NCBI GenBank assembly: GCA_044356295.1
Contig: JBIKWN010000001.1
Span: 96,001-160,000, forward strand
Direction: 5' to 3'
Origin: Bdellovibrionota bacterium
Lineage (GTDB): Bacteria; Bdellovibrionota_C; UBA2361; JBIKWN01
Length of the DNA: 64,000 bases
Each line of letters starts with the position of its first letter. Within the stretch, counting starts at the first letter, position 1. The notes below the pieces were generated by a model. That model worked only from the letters and a program-made list of their open reading frames with translations. It searched no databases and had not been told where the DNA came from. The position numbers were made by a program, and so were the translations under genes. This document shows, in pieces, positions 30,280 through 40,615 of this stretch.

Positions 30280-31944
30280 ATGAGCGAAGCAGTACATGCT
30301 GATGGAACAAATTATTTAAATTGCGAAAAGGGACTTTGGTCTTGGTTGACTACTGTTGATCACAAGCGAATTGGCTTGATGTATCTTTATGCAATCACAC
30401 TTTTCTTTTTTGTTGGAGGGCTCGCAGCTCTTGCTATACGTGTTGAGCTTTTTCAAAGTGGTCCAACTTTTCTTCATCTTCTTACAGGTGGTGATTTAGT
30501 AAAGGCAAAGAATCTCTATAATATTCTTTTCACTCTTCATGGAGTGATAATGATCTTCCTATTTATTGTTCCGGGTATCCCTGCAGTAATGGGTAACTGG
30601 CTTCTCCCAGTTATGATTGGAGCAAAAGATGTTGCATTCCCACGATTAAATCTTTTGAGCTATTACATTTACCTTCTTGGTGCCCTTATTGCCCTGATTT
30701 CGCTTCTAAGTCCTATTGATACTGGTTGGACTTTTTATGCTCCTTATTCTCTGCAAACAAGTTCAGCAGTTGTAATGATGACCTTTGCTGCTTTTGTATT
30801 AGGGTTTTCATCAATCCTTACAGGACTTAATTTTATCGTAACAGTACATAAGCTTCGTTGCCCTGGAATGACTTGGGGTAAACTTCCTGTCTTTGTTTGG
30901 GCTGTTTATTCAACATCCATTATTCAAACACTTGCAACGCCCGTTGTCGGAATGACACTTGTTCTTTTAATTATTGAAAGAGTTGTAGGGATAGGAATTT
31001 TCGATCCAGCCAAGGGCGGAGATCCAGTATTTTATGAACATATGTTTTGGTTTTACTCTCACCCTGTTGTTTACATCATGGTGCTTCCTGCTTTTGGAGT
31101 AATAGGAGAGATAATCCCAGTTTTTTCAAGAAAACCAATCTTTGGATATAAAGCAGTTGTTGCGGCATCCCTTGGGATCGCTGCAGTAAGTTTCATTGTA
31201 TGGGCTCACCATATGCTTGTTGCTGGTATCTCTGATACTTCAGGAAAGCTTTTCTCAATTATAACTTTTGCAGTTGCAATCCCAACTGCAGTTAAGGTTT
31301 TTAACTGGGTAAGTACAATGTATAGAGGATCGATAAAGCTTGATACTCCGATGCTTTATGCTATGGCATTTGTGTTTCTTTTTATGGTTGCCGGTACCAC
31401 AGGGATTTATCTTGCAACTCTTGCCGTCGATGTGTTTTATCACGATACCTATTTTGTTGTTGCTCACTTCCACTACACTATTCAAGGTGGAGCTGTAATT
31501 GGACTAGTAGCAGCACTTCATTTTTGGTTCCCGAAAATGTTTGGCACTATGTACAACATCACAATCTCGAAAATCGCGTTTTGGTTGATCTTTATTGGAT
31601 TTAACGGAACGTTTCTTCCGCAGTTTGTTGCTGGAATGCAGGGAATGCCCCGACGATATTATGATTATCCTGTTGAATTTGAAATTTGGCATAGCATCTC
31701 GACAGTCTTTGCATTTTTAAATGCTGCTGGATACTTTTTAGCGCTAGCAAACCTTTTCTATGCAATGGCATTTAGTAAAAATAAAGCTAGTGACAATCCT
31801 TGGAATTCACTTGGTTTAGAATGGAAGATGGCGACACCTCCTCCAACAGAGAATTTTCCAGTTACTCCAGTTATCCCTGAAAATGAATGGTCATATGGAT
31901 ACGGAGATGAATTGCCAGGTAAAGCTACAAAAGGAGCTCATTAA
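30280..31944 (+). CDS. coxA: Cytochrome c oxidase subunit I, type A2
   Basis: DHKRIG, FWFYSHPVVY (YS motif), WAHHM, HFHY, MPRR. Confidence 0.97.
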   Translation: MSEAVHADGTNYLNCEKGLWSWLTTVDHKRIGLMYLYAITLFFFVGGLAALAIRVELFQSGPTFLHLLTGGDLVKAKNLYNILFTLHGVIMIFLFIVPGIPAVMGNWLLPVMIGAKDVAFPRLNLLSYYIYLLGALIALISLLSPIDTGWTFYAPYSLQTSSAVVMMTFAAFVLGFSSILTGLNFIVTVHKLRCPGMTWGKLPVFVWAVYSTSIIQTLATPVVGMTLVLLIIERVVGIGIFDPAKGGDPVFYEHMFWFYSHPVVYIMVLPAFGVIGEIIPVFSRKPIFGYKAVVAASLGIAAVSFIVWAHHMLVAGISDTSGKLFSIITFAVAIPTAVKVFNWVSTMYRGSIKLDTPMLYAMAFVFLFMVAGTTGIYLATLAVDVFYHDTYFVVAHFHYTIQGGAVIGLVAALHFWFPKMFGTMYNITISKIAFWLIFIGFNGTFLPQFVAGMQGMPRRYYDYPVEFEIWHSISTVFAFLNAAGYFLALANLFYAMAFSKNKASDNPWNSLGLEWKMATPPPTENFPVTPVIPENEWSYGYGDELPGKATKGAH

Positions 31945-31947
31945 ATT

Positions 31948-32607
31948 ATGAATAGTGCACACGCTGAAGTTGTAAAACCTGGTGAACCGCCACATGCGCA
32001 TCATTGGGATCCTGTAAATGCGTATCATGGCTCAAAATTAGCCATGTGGCTTTTTCTTGCTACAGAGATTCTTCTTTTTGCAGTTATTCTTGGTGGATTT
32101 TTTCTTTTTCGTTGGGAATATTTTCAAGAGTTTAAAGCCGCTTCACACCAATTGAATTGGAAATTTGGTGCAGTCAACACTGCCGTACTTCTTTTTAGCA
32201 GTTATACAGCTGTTCTTGGAGTTGATGCAGCGCAACACGGCGATAACAAGGGAATTATTAAATACTTTGGTACTTCTATCTTATGTGGTTTTGGATTCCT
32301 TGGAATTAAATCTGTTGAGTACGGTTCAAAGTTTTCACACGGAGTATTTCCATGGACACAATCGATTATACATGATGGTCACGAAGAAAAGTTCGGGAAT
32401 TTCTTTGGATTCTATTACTGCTTAACAGGTCTTCATGGTTTACACGTTATTATCGGAATGAGCTTGCTGGCTTGGATGTGTTTAAAGGCCAGAAAGAATC
32501 GCTTCTCAGCACACTACTATACCCCAGTTGAAAACGTTGCTCTTTATTGGCACTTAGTCGATCTTATCTGGATTTATCTATTCCCAATGCTTTATTTTAT
32601 ACATTGA
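31948..32607 (+). CDS. coxC: Cytochrome c oxidase subunit III
   Basis: WLFLATE, TGLHGLHV, YWHLVD. Confidence 0.95.
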   Translation: MNSAHAEVVKPGEPPHAHHWDPVNAYHGSKLAMWLFLATEILLFAVILGGFFLFRWEYFQEFKAASHQLNWKFGAVNTAVLLFSSYTAVLGVDAAQHGDNKGIIKYFGTSILCGFGFLGIKSVEYGSKFSHGVFPWTQSIIHDGHEEKFGNFFGFYYCLTGLHGLHVIIGMSLLAWMCLKARKNRFSAHYYTPVENVALYWHLVDLIWIYLFPMLYFIH

Positions 32608-32642
32608 TTTAACCAAGACTTTACGTAATCGAGTAATACATT

Positions 32643-32990
32643 ATGAGTCATCATTCACACGACGCACATCACGGAGAGCTTGGACATATTGTTCCTAGAG
32701 ATGTTTATTTAAAAGTTTTCCTTGCACTTCTTGTTCTGACGGTCATTACCGTTGGAGTAGCACATATTGATATCAGCCCTGGTTGGAATCTTGTCCTTGC
32801 TCTTTTTGTTGCAACTATCAAGGCAGTCTTAGTACTTCTTATTTTTATGCATCTAAAATATGAAGATAAAGTTATATGGGCATATGTTGCATTTCCGATA
32901 ATTCTTGTTTTTATTCTAATCGGCGGAGTGTATTCCGATAATCCACTCAGAGTTCATACCGAACCAATGCAAGTAAAAATGCAAAAATAA
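32643..32990 (+). CDS. coxD: Cytochrome c oxidase subunit IV
   Basis: Three TMs, KAVLV..FMHLKY, His-rich N-terminus. Confidence 0.85.
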   Translation: MSHHSHDAHHGELGHIVPRDVYLKVFLALLVLTVITVGVAHIDISPGWNLVLALFVATIKAVLVLLIFMHLKYEDKVIWAYVAFPIILVFILIGGVYSDNPLRVHTEPMQVKMQK

Positions 32991-33030
32991 AAAACGGCGA
33001 AGGTAGATACTCCTTCGCCGTCGATCTTTT
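32985..33030. terminator. Bidirectional intrinsic terminator
   Basis: ACGGCGAAGG-tagatact-CCTTCGCCGT, long U-tract on the minus strand, TTTT on plus. Confidence 0.8.
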
Positions 33031-33270
33031 AGATTAAGAACTTTATCTTCTTGAGCCTAAAAGCTTTTCGGTATTTTTAAAACGCCCCTCAAACGCCGAA
33101 AAAATGGTTTATCCCGTCTTAATCCCGACGGAGAGGCGTCATTATACTATGTTCATTCATTGACGAATCACCTCCCTTCTAAAATATGTTTACTAGTCAC
33201 TTTTTAAATACGTAAGGAGTGGCATACCGATGAAAGCTCCAACATCCCGTCATTAAAAAGTTTTGGATGT
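32985..33270 (-). ncRNA. Candidate structured small RNA / micro-peptide mRNA (ORF MNEHSIMTPLRRD at 33119-33160)
   Basis: SD AGAAGGGAGGTGAT 33167-33180, several complementary segments, own terminator. Confidence 0.45.
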
Positions 33271-33442
33271 AACTTTACAGAATTGCAAACATTACAACCT
33301 AAGAAAAAACTTCTTTCTTCCTCTGAGTATGTACAAAAAACTCAACCTCTATAAGAGGAAAAATAGAGGCTACGTCATAAATGATAATAAATTTGCCCCT
33401 GTCGAATTAGAAGCGGATGTATGCTATGTTCTAGATAAGTAT

Positions 33443-34042
33443 ATGGCTCAAATTTTAATTATAAATGGATCAATCTCTGGGAATGCTGGAAATACTGCTG
33501 AGTTACTAGGGCTTGCAGAGATGCGTCTTTCGGAGCAAGGGCACACTGTTGATTATCTTGAACTAGTTCGAGACCCATCTCTCGATAGAATTATTGAGCA
33601 AGCCTCCAAAGCAGATGCATTTATTTTTGGAACTGGAACATACTGGGACTCATGGGGATCTCCCCTTCAGAAATTCTTTGAAATAACTTCTTCAACAGAA
33701 GGAGAAGATTATTGGCTTGGAAAACCAGTTGCTGCAATCGTTACGGCACATGCGGTTGGAAGTAAAGGAATACTTTCTAGACTCTTTGGTGTGTTAAATG
33801 TATACGGAATGTTAATACCACCACTTGCAGGTTTTGCTTATACCTTTGTTAATCATGTTGCGCTTACAAAAAATGTTGCACCTGAAGAGTTAGAAAAAGA
33901 GCTTTGGAGTCACCATGACGTTGATATCGTCACTCATAATTTAATAGAGGCAATCAACGGGACAAATCGTTGGAAAAAATGGCCAAGTGATAACGTACAT
34001 TATGTTGATAAGTGGTTAAATCTTTTAACAGGTGATGAATGA
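33443..34042 (+). CDS. NAD(P)H-dependent FMN reductase / flavodoxin-fold protein
   Basis: ILIINGS..GNT, ADAFIFGTGTYW, GKP; start at ATG 33443 (MAQILIING). Confidence 0.8.
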   Translation: MAQILIINGSISGNAGNTAELLGLAEMRLSEQGHTVDYLELVRDPSLDRIIEQASKADAFIFGTGTYWDSWGSPLQKFFEITSSTEGEDYWLGKPVAAIVTAHAVGSKGILSRLFGVLNVYGMLIPPLAGFAYTFVNHVALTKNVAPEELEKELWSHHDVDIVTHNLIEAINGTNRWKKWPSDNVHYVDKWLNLLTGDE

Positions 34043-35886
34043 CCTCTCGTTTTATTGTAAGTGCAGCTTCAATAAAATTAACTCCTCTTGATTTCGAGGG
34101 AAATAGAAGAAATATTATTACCGTTATAGAGCAAGAGAGGCGAGCAGGGACTTCTCTGATCTGTTTTCCTGAGCTCTGTATTAGTGGTTACGGATGTGAA
34201 GATGCTTTTTTCTTTCCTCACGTCATAGATCTTGCTCTACGTTCGCTTGAAGAAATCATCGAGGCGACACAAGACATTGCTGTGGTAGTCGGCCTTCCAC
34301 TTATATTTAAAAATACTCTTTATAATTGCGCTGCACTGATACATAACAAGGAACTCTTAGCGGTTGTTCCCAAGCAACATCTTGCAAATAATGGAATCCA
34401 TTACGAAACTCGATGGTTTTCTGCATGGACACGTGAAAAGAAAGATTTTATTGAGATCAATAATCAAAAAATTCCATTTGGTGATATCGTTGTATCTCTT
34501 GAAGATCAAGTCATTGGTTTTGAAATCTGTGAAGATGCCTGGGTCGAAGACAGACCGGCTCGAACTCTTAAGGAACGCTCAGTAACAATTATAGTGAATC
34601 CATCAGCGAGCCATTTTTCTTTAAGAAAATACCTCATTCGCTTAAACTTAATTCGTACTGGCTCAAAAATTTCGAATGCAGTCTATGTTTACGCAAACCA
34701 GCTTGGCAACGAAGCAGGAAGAGCGATTTATGATGGCGACGGGCTTATTGCAGAAAATGGATTGATCGTTTCTGCAACGCGAAGATTTAGTTTTGGACAA
34801 TTTCAAGTCTGTAGGTACGAATTAAATTCGTTAAAAGATAAAAATTCTAGTAAAGAAGTTATTTCGTACCAAGCGAGTGAAGAAGAGCAGTTTGAAGAGT
34901 TTACCCGTGCTGCAAGTTTAGGACTTTTTGATTATTTAAAGAAATCAGGATCGAAAAACTTTGTGCTTTCCTTGAGCGGTGGAGCTGATTCTACCTCAGT
35001 TCTTTTATTAGTATCTGCTATGGTCCATTTTGGAATAGGGGAACTTGGGTTTGAAAACTTTAAAAATAATTTAGATCCAGTATTTTACTCAGCATGTAAA
35101 AATGAAAGAGAGCTTTTAGCAAAGCTTCTCATTTGTGTTTATCAAGGCACTGAACAAAATAGCGAAGTGACCAGCTCTGCTGCAAAACAAGTTGCTACGC
35201 AGGTTGGAGCTAGTTTTTTTACTATTTCTGTTGATGATCTTGTTTCTAATTATACATCCAAGATTGAATCATTAATTGGAAGAGAATTGAGCTGGGAGAG
35301 TGATGATATAGCCCTTCAAAATATTCAATCCAGAGTTCGCTCACCAGGAATATGGTTTCTTGCAAATATTGTTTCTGGTTTATTGTTAACGACAGGGAAT
35401 CGAAGCGAAGCTTCTGTTGGATATTCTACAATGGATGGAGATTCTAGCGGCTCTTTGGCCCCAATAGCAGGGGTAAGTAAGTATTATATAAAACAGTGGC
35501 TTTTATATATGCAAACAAAAGGTATTCCTTCTTTTGGTCCTTTCCCTTGGCTTTCTTGTATTACTGAACAATCTCCTACTGCTGAGCTTCGTCCATTATC
35601 ACAACATCAAACTGATGAAGCAGATCTAATGCCCTATGCAGTACTTAATTGTTTTGAGCAACAATATTTGCGGGACAAAAAAAATCCTATAGAGATAAAA
35701 ATAAATGTTTCACGTATATTTCAATCTGAATATTCCGAAGAGCAGATTTCACTTTGGTTCGATAAGTTTTTAAGGCTTTGGAAGTCTTCTCAGTGGAAGC
35801 GTGAGCGAATTGCTCCTTCATTTCATCTTGATGATTTTAGCGTAGACTCAAGAACCTGGATGCGTTATCCGATTCTTTCAAAATAG
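34039..35886 (+). CDS. nadE: Glutamine-dependent NAD+ synthetase
   Basis: Nitrilase domain (FPEL, PK, EICED) plus SLSGGADS, QNIQSR, GNRSE, GYSTMDGD, PTAEL. Confidence 0.95.
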   Translation: MTSRFIVSAASIKLTPLDFEGNRRNIITVIEQERRAGTSLICFPELCISGYGCEDAFFFPHVIDLALRSLEEIIEATQDIAVVVGLPLIFKNTLYNCAALIHNKELLAVVPKQHLANNGIHYETRWFSAWTREKKDFIEINNQKIPFGDIVVSLEDQVIGFEICEDAWVEDRPARTLKERSVTIIVNPSASHFSLRKYLIRLNLIRTGSKISNAVYVYANQLGNEAGRAIYDGDGLIAENGLIVSATRRFSFGQFQVCRYELNSLKDKNSSKEVISYQASEEEQFEEFTRAASLGLFDYLKKSGSKNFVLSLSGGADSTSVLLLVSAMVHFGIGELGFENFKNNLDPVFYSACKNERELLAKLLICVYQGTEQNSEVTSSAAKQVATQVGASFFTISVDDLVSNYTSKIESLIGRELSWESDDIALQNIQSRVRSPGIWFLANIVSGLLLTTGNRSEASVGYSTMDGDSSGSLAPIAGVSKYYIKQWLLYMQTKGIPSFGPFPWLSCITEQSPTAELRPLSQHQTDEADLMPYAVLNCFEQQYLRDKKNPIEIKINVSRIFQSEYSEEQISLWFDKFLRLWKSSQWKRERIAPSFHLDDFSVDSRTWMRYPILSK

Positions 35887-35891
35887 TTTTC

Positions 35892-36905
35892 TTATTCATC
35901 AACTATCTTTTTACCCTCTTCTCTGGCAGTAAGAGGATTTGTAAAACCTCTATTGATATGTTCAACGGCTTCTTCAGAACTAAATCCTTGATTTGACCAT
36001 TCTCTCGCTGTTGGAGGTTGGAATCCAAATCGAATCCAAGGAGCAGCCTCTGCCGACTCAAACATTAAACATTTCCAAAACCAAGCAGATCGAGGAACTG
36101 TAATTCCAACTTGCATCCACTCAACAAAATCACGAGCAGTCATGGTGAATGCATGCCAATAACCAGCAGTAAGTGCATTGATATTGATAACTCGCCATTC
36201 TTGGGCTTCTTCTTGTGGAATATCAGTCATTTCAAAATCAAAAGGACCCACATAAGTTGCACTAAATCTATTGAAGTCATGAACTGAAGTTCTAAATACT
36301 CCAGGAAGGAAAAGGCCTTCTTCGAAAAGACTTCTATAAAAAATTGGTGGAACATCACCTTCACCAGTATACATATCAAAGAAGAGGTGAGCTGCTTCTA
36401 TGTTTTTTTCAGCTTGGGGCAACAGTGCACTGTAGCTTGATTCAAGATCAACTAAAGTATAATGCTTAGCATATTCAATGAAGCCTTTGATATAGTGCTC
36501 ATGAGTATATGCATAACGACAGTAGGCACCGATAAGTAATCTTGACTGTTCTTGGTCTTCAACGAGATTTGGCTCAATAAGAATTTTTTCAACTTGATGT
36601 GCGAACGATAGGAGCTCTTTTTTTGCATATTTCAAAAGAAGTAACACTTCTTTTGAATCTTGAGTTTGCGGAGATTTCCAAATACGAGAAAAGATTGGTA
36701 TCCCTTCATAGAGATTTTTAAGTAGTTTATCAATATAAGAGATATTACTTTGGCACTCAGCAATTTGATCTGGATTTAAGTTATGAAATCCTAACTGTGA
36801 AAGCAGATTTAAAGAGGCAAATTGACCCTGAAAATTAGCGTGAAGATAGCTTAAAATATTTTGACTTAGTTCGAGGTCTTGTCCAAGGTTTTCATCCATA
36901 TGCAA
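35892..36905 (-). CDS. Hypothetical protein with C-terminal ~13 aa Trp repeats
   Basis: 337 aa ORF; repeats AxxWxxxGF. Confidence 0.7.
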   Translation of the reverse strand: MHMDENLGQDLELSQNILSYLHANFQGQFASLNLLSQLGFHNLNPDQIAECQSNISYIDKLLKNLYEGIPIFSRIWKSPQTQDSKEVLLLLKYAKKELLSFAHQVEKILIEPNLVEDQEQSRLLIGAYCRYAYTHEHYIKGFIEYAKHYTLVDLESSYSALLPQAEKNIEAAHLFFDMYTGEGDVPPIFYRSLFEEGLFLPGVFRTSVHDFNRFSATYVGPFDFEMTDIPQEEAQEWRVININALTAGYWHAFTMTARDFVEWMQVGITVPRSAWFWKCLMFESAEAAPWIRFGFQPPTAREWSNQGFSSEEAVEHINRGFTNPLTAREEGKKIVDE

Positions 36906-36949
36906 TCAATCGACTATAGCGTATCGACTGCTTCAAGAGAATATAGAGA

Positions 36950-37975
36950 CTAGCTCTTAGAGGAGGCTTTTTTATGCCTTTTCTTTGGGAAAATCACAGA
37001 AAAAAGCATCGAGCCCGAGATAACGCCCGCAATAAATATCAAAGAGTATACTATCGGAAAATGACCATCAAAAAGGTCATTGAGCCATACCATTTTCAAG
37101 CCAATGAAAATAAGCACGATTCCCAAACCATATTTAAGTAGGTAGAAAAGATCGACAGAACCTGCCAGCAGAAAATACAGAGATCGCAGTCCAAGAAGTG
37201 CCATCATATTTGAAGAAAAAACAATAAAGGGCTCTTTGGTAATCGCAAAAATTGCAGGGACTGAATCAACAGCAAAAATAATATCTGAAAATTCAATCAT
37301 CAAAAGAGCAACAAAGAGGGGAGTTGCAGACCATGTTTGATTCTTTTTGCTAAAAAATTTAAAGGAAGAAGTCTGATAACTTATTGGAAGGATTTTGTTT
37401 AGAATTCTTAAAATAATATTTTTTGAAAGATCAGTTTCCTTTTCGGGCGCAAAGCAAAGTTTAAATCCTGTAAAAATGAGGAACACTCCAAAAACGGTAA
37501 GAACCCAGTGGTATTGAAGAAGTATGCTCCCAAGGCTTATGAATAGACCTCTGAAGAGGATGGCTCCTATAATTCCAAAGAAAAGGATTCTATGTTGAAA
37601 AGCGCTAGGAATTGCAAAGTAATTAAATATCACTACAAATACGAAAATATTATCAACAGCAAGTGATTTTTCAACGAGATATCCAGTTAAGAATTCAAGA
37701 GCAAGTTGTTGACTGAAAATTTCAGGGGTTTTTCCAGAACCAGAAATAAGTTCAGGATGGGCGCTAAATTTTAAAAGACAGTACTCATAGAACCAGTAAT
37801 TAAACGAAAGTGCTAATAGGATCCAAATCAAACTCCATGCAGTGGCTTCTTTCATTGAAACAGCGTGAGGTTTTTTATGAAATAATCCCAAATCAAGAGT
37901 AATGATTACGAGGAGGAAGCAGATAAATCCTAGATAAAGCTGCCAATATTCATGAAAAGGAAATGCTTGAAACAT
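36950..37975 (-). CDS. TerC/Alx-family membrane protein
   Basis: EKSLAVDNIFVF, DIIFAVDSVPAI, GLRSLYF. Confidence 0.92.
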   Translation of the reverse strand: MFQAFPFHEYWQLYLGFICFLLVIITLDLGLFHKKPHAVSMKEATAWSLIWILLALSFNYWFYEYCLLKFSAHPELISGSGKTPEIFSQQLALEFLTGYLVEKSLAVDNIFVFVVIFNYFAIPSAFQHRILFFGIIGAILFRGLFISLGSILLQYHWVLTVFGVFLIFTGFKLCFAPEKETDLSKNIILRILNKILPISYQTSSFKFFSKKNQTWSATPLFVALLMIEFSDIIFAVDSVPAIFAITKEPFIVFSSNMMALLGLRSLYFLLAGSVDLFYLLKYGLGIVLIFIGLKMVWLNDLFDGHFPIVYSLIFIAGVISGSMLFSVIFPKKRHKKASSKS

Positions 37976-38058
37976 ATGAATTAAATTGCTGAATTATTGT
38001 GATTTTTAATATAGTAAAAATAGATTAAATACAAGGTTATATATATAATAATCTATAT

Positions 38059-38958
38059 ATGGAATGGCTCAACTATCATCATCTTTTATATTTTTGGACT
38101 GTTGCTAAAAAAGGGAGTGTCGTTGCCGCATGTGATGAACTCAAGCTTAGGCAGCCCACTATAAGCGCACAGATACAATCCCTTGAAGAGAGTATAGGCG
38201 AGAAGCTCTTCGAACGTACAGGGAGAAAACTTGTTCTGACTGAGACTGGAAAAACAGTCTTTAAATACGCCGAACAGATCTTCTCTTTAGGGAGGGAGTT
38301 AACTGATGTCATGAAGGGTCGTCCAGTCGATCATGTGCATCAACTTGTTGTTGGTATCAATGAAGTAATTCCAAAATCAATAGCATATCGGTTTTTAAAA
38401 ATTGCATTAAACTTAAAAGAGAAAGTTCATCTTATCTGTAAGGAAGATACTGCTGATAGGCTCTTTGCAGATCTTGCTATTCATAATGTTGATATGGTTA
38501 TTAGTGATGAGCCACTAACAAGCGCTGCTTCTGTAAAGGGATACAGTCATCTTCTTGGTGAGTGCGGAGTTAGTTTTGTAGGAGTAAAAGAGCTAGCTTC
38601 AAAGTATCGAAAAAATTTCCCATTGAGTATTCATGAAGCTCCAATACTTTTACCTTTAGAAAACTCATCACTTCGAGGGCAGGTTATCTCTTTCCTTCAT
38701 GGACAAGATATTCACCCAAAAATTATTGCAGAGTTTACAGATAGTGCGCTCTTGAAATTATTTGGCTCTGAAGGTCATGGTATTTTTGTTGTTCCAACAG
38801 CTATTGAAGAAGAAGTAATTGCCCAACATAACCTTGAGGTTATAGGGCGAGTAACTTCTATTAAAGAGAGATTTTATCTTATTACCGCGTCTCGTAAGAT
38901 TAAGAATCCAGTTGTCCAAGCTATTACTGATGTAGCTAAGGATATACTCAAGGATTAA
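38059..38958 (+). CDS. nhaR: LysR-family regulator, NhaR-like
   Basis: MEWLNYHHLLYFW N-terminus characteristic of NhaR; divergent from terC. Confidence 0.8.
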   Translation: MEWLNYHHLLYFWTVAKKGSVVAACDELKLRQPTISAQIQSLEESIGEKLFERTGRKLVLTETGKTVFKYAEQIFSLGRELTDVMKGRPVDHVHQLVVGINEVIPKSIAYRFLKIALNLKEKVHLICKEDTADRLFADLAIHNVDMVISDEPLTSAASVKGYSHLLGECGVSFVGVKELASKYRKNFPLSIHEAPILLPLENSSLRGQVISFLHGQDIHPKIIAEFTDSALLKLFGSEGHGIFVVPTAIEEEVIAQHNLEVIGRVTSIKERFYLITASRKIKNPVVQAITDVAKDILKD

Positions 38959-39704
38959 AAAGGATCGAGTGTTATAAGATCCGCACCCTCTACTTTGACC
39001 CCATCTGGAGTGGCAGCGAGCGCTGCAATTTCTGCAGACCATTCCTCTATAATTTTTCGTTGGTGTGCATATGCTTCAAAATCTTTTATTGAAAAAGCGC
39101 TGGTTTTGTCTGATTGCCTATCTTTAAATTCAACATAAATTTCTCCTGTTCGTGCATCCCGTAGTATTGCTTCAAAGGCGATACTTCCTGTTGAAAAAGG
39201 TTTAGTGATCCCCGAACCAGGTAAGAAAAATCCAGCAACAGTAGATAAAACATTGAGAGTAGCTTTTGTAGGCTCTAATTCTACTAAAGCGAGTTCAAGC
39301 TTTAGTGTTGGCATTTTATCGTCAGTAAGATTTTCAGCGACCATCATAGGATGATTTGGGTAGTTCTTGAATGAACTTTTGAGAAGCCCTTGAAAATATC
39401 TTGCAGTTTCATTGAGTTCTTCAAGACGATCTTCACGAAATAGTTCTAATGATTTATCTTCAAAAATTCTCTTTTCAACGTAATCAGTTTTTACAGGTAG
39501 AATAATTATTTTTGTGAATGTAGGTTTTAAATCGTAAAATCTTTTCCTGTCAGGAAAATAATTTCCATTAAAAGGGGATCTCTCTTTTTCTTCAACAAGC
39601 AATTCACCATGAGGAAGAAAACCCGAATTTTTAGCAGGACTCGCTCGAAGCACTGCGCACCCTAAGAAAAGAACAGATAAGGAGAGTATGACAAATCGGA
39701 TCAT
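38955..39704 (-). CDS. Lipoprotein, DUF3313-like
   Basis: Lipobox FLGC, SGFL motif, EAILRDARTG. Confidence 0.7.
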   Translation of the reverse strand: MIRFVILSLSVLFLGCAVLRASPAKNSGFLPHGELLVEEKERSPFNGNYFPDRKRFYDLKPTFTKIIILPVKTDYVEKRIFEDKSLELFREDRLEELNETARYFQGLLKSSFKNYPNHPMMVAENLTDDKMPTLKLELALVELEPTKATLNVLSTVAGFFLPGSGITKPFSTGSIAFEAILRDARTGEIYVEFKDRQSDKTSAFSIKDFEAYAHQRKIIEEWSAEIAALAATPDGVKVEGADLITLDPF

Positions 39705-40276
39705 TTACTTTCAGCAAGGAGTGATTCAATTTTTTTTATCACTTTCCCGCTCATAGGGTTAGTAAATGAACCGAAACGTTCGACAAGTTTTCCGTCCTTA
39801 TTGATAAGGAATTTTTCAAAATTCCAATTGATATCACCTTTTAGATCCGGATTTGCTGTATTAGTGAGAAATTTAAAGAAGGGCTGAATGTTTTCACCAG
39901 AAACATCATTTTTTTCAAATAATGGAAAAGTAACTCCAAAGCGAACTTTGCAAAATTCTTTTATCTCTTTATTAGAACCAGGCTCTTGTCCTCCATAGTT
40001 ATTTGCTGGAAACCCAAGAACAGTAAATCCTTGTTCTCTATACTTATTATATAAATTTTCAAGATCCTCGTACTGTGGGGTAAATCCACACTGTGAGGCA
40101 GTATTTACTATTAGTAAGACCTTACCTTTGTAGGTTGAAAGATCTATCTGCTCTCCTTCAATACTTTTAACTTTAAATTCATGGATAGCTGGGAGTGATC
40201 CAGTATCAGCAAGAGATCTATGTGGAAAAATTAATGAAACAATTGAAGCGAGTATAAATGAAAAAATCTTATTCAT
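39701..40276 (-). CDS. Glutathione peroxidase family protein with signal peptide
   Basis: NTASQCGFTPQY, GFPANN..QEPG, WNFEKFLI. Confidence 0.93.
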   Translation of the reverse strand: MNKIFSFILASIVSLIFPHRSLADTGSLPAIHEFKVKSIEGEQIDLSTYKGKVLLIVNTASQCGFTPQYEDLENLYNKYREQGFTVLGFPANNYGGQEPGSNKEIKEFCKVRFGVTFPLFEKNDVSGENIQPFFKFLTNTANPDLKGDINWNFEKFLINKDGKLVERFGSFTNPMSGKVIKKIESLLAESK

Positions 40277-40360
40277 GATGGGGTATCTTAAGTGAGTTCT
40301 TAAAAAGCAAACACTATTTATATGATTAACAGTTTGAACATTTTGATAAATATCCCATTT

Positions 40361-40498
40361 CCGGTAATTCTAAAATTATGCCTGTGGATAACTTCAAAGA
40401 AGAAGTAAAAATTGAGATAGGAAAATTTAGTTAATTCAAATAGTTATCAATTCTAGAAATTTTTACAATCGAGTAGTGCCGGTAAATCCTGTGGATAA
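40361..40498. promoter_or_regulatory. Two consensus DnaA boxes upstream of nrdA
   Basis: TGTGGATAA at 40383-40391 and 40490-40498, each preceded by CCGGTAA. Confidence 0.75.
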
Positions 40499-40615
40499 CC
40501 CGGGAAATAGAAAGCTATTTTAAAATATATATGAAGTAATATTGAGCGGTTAACTTTTAGAGTAAAAATAACTTTAGCTAGGTTAAAGAAAATATATCGA
40601 CACTTTGCCGGACTA

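Noticed and set aside
33165..33181. GAATCACCTCCCTTCT as a 16S rRNA 3' end or rRNA remnant
   Set aside because: No flanking 16S sequence (helix 44/45); better read as a minus-strand SD
33263..33442. N-terminal extension of the flavodoxin-fold ORF from TTG 33263
   Set aside because: The family fold starts at MAQILIING (33443); the extension looks like promoter DNA
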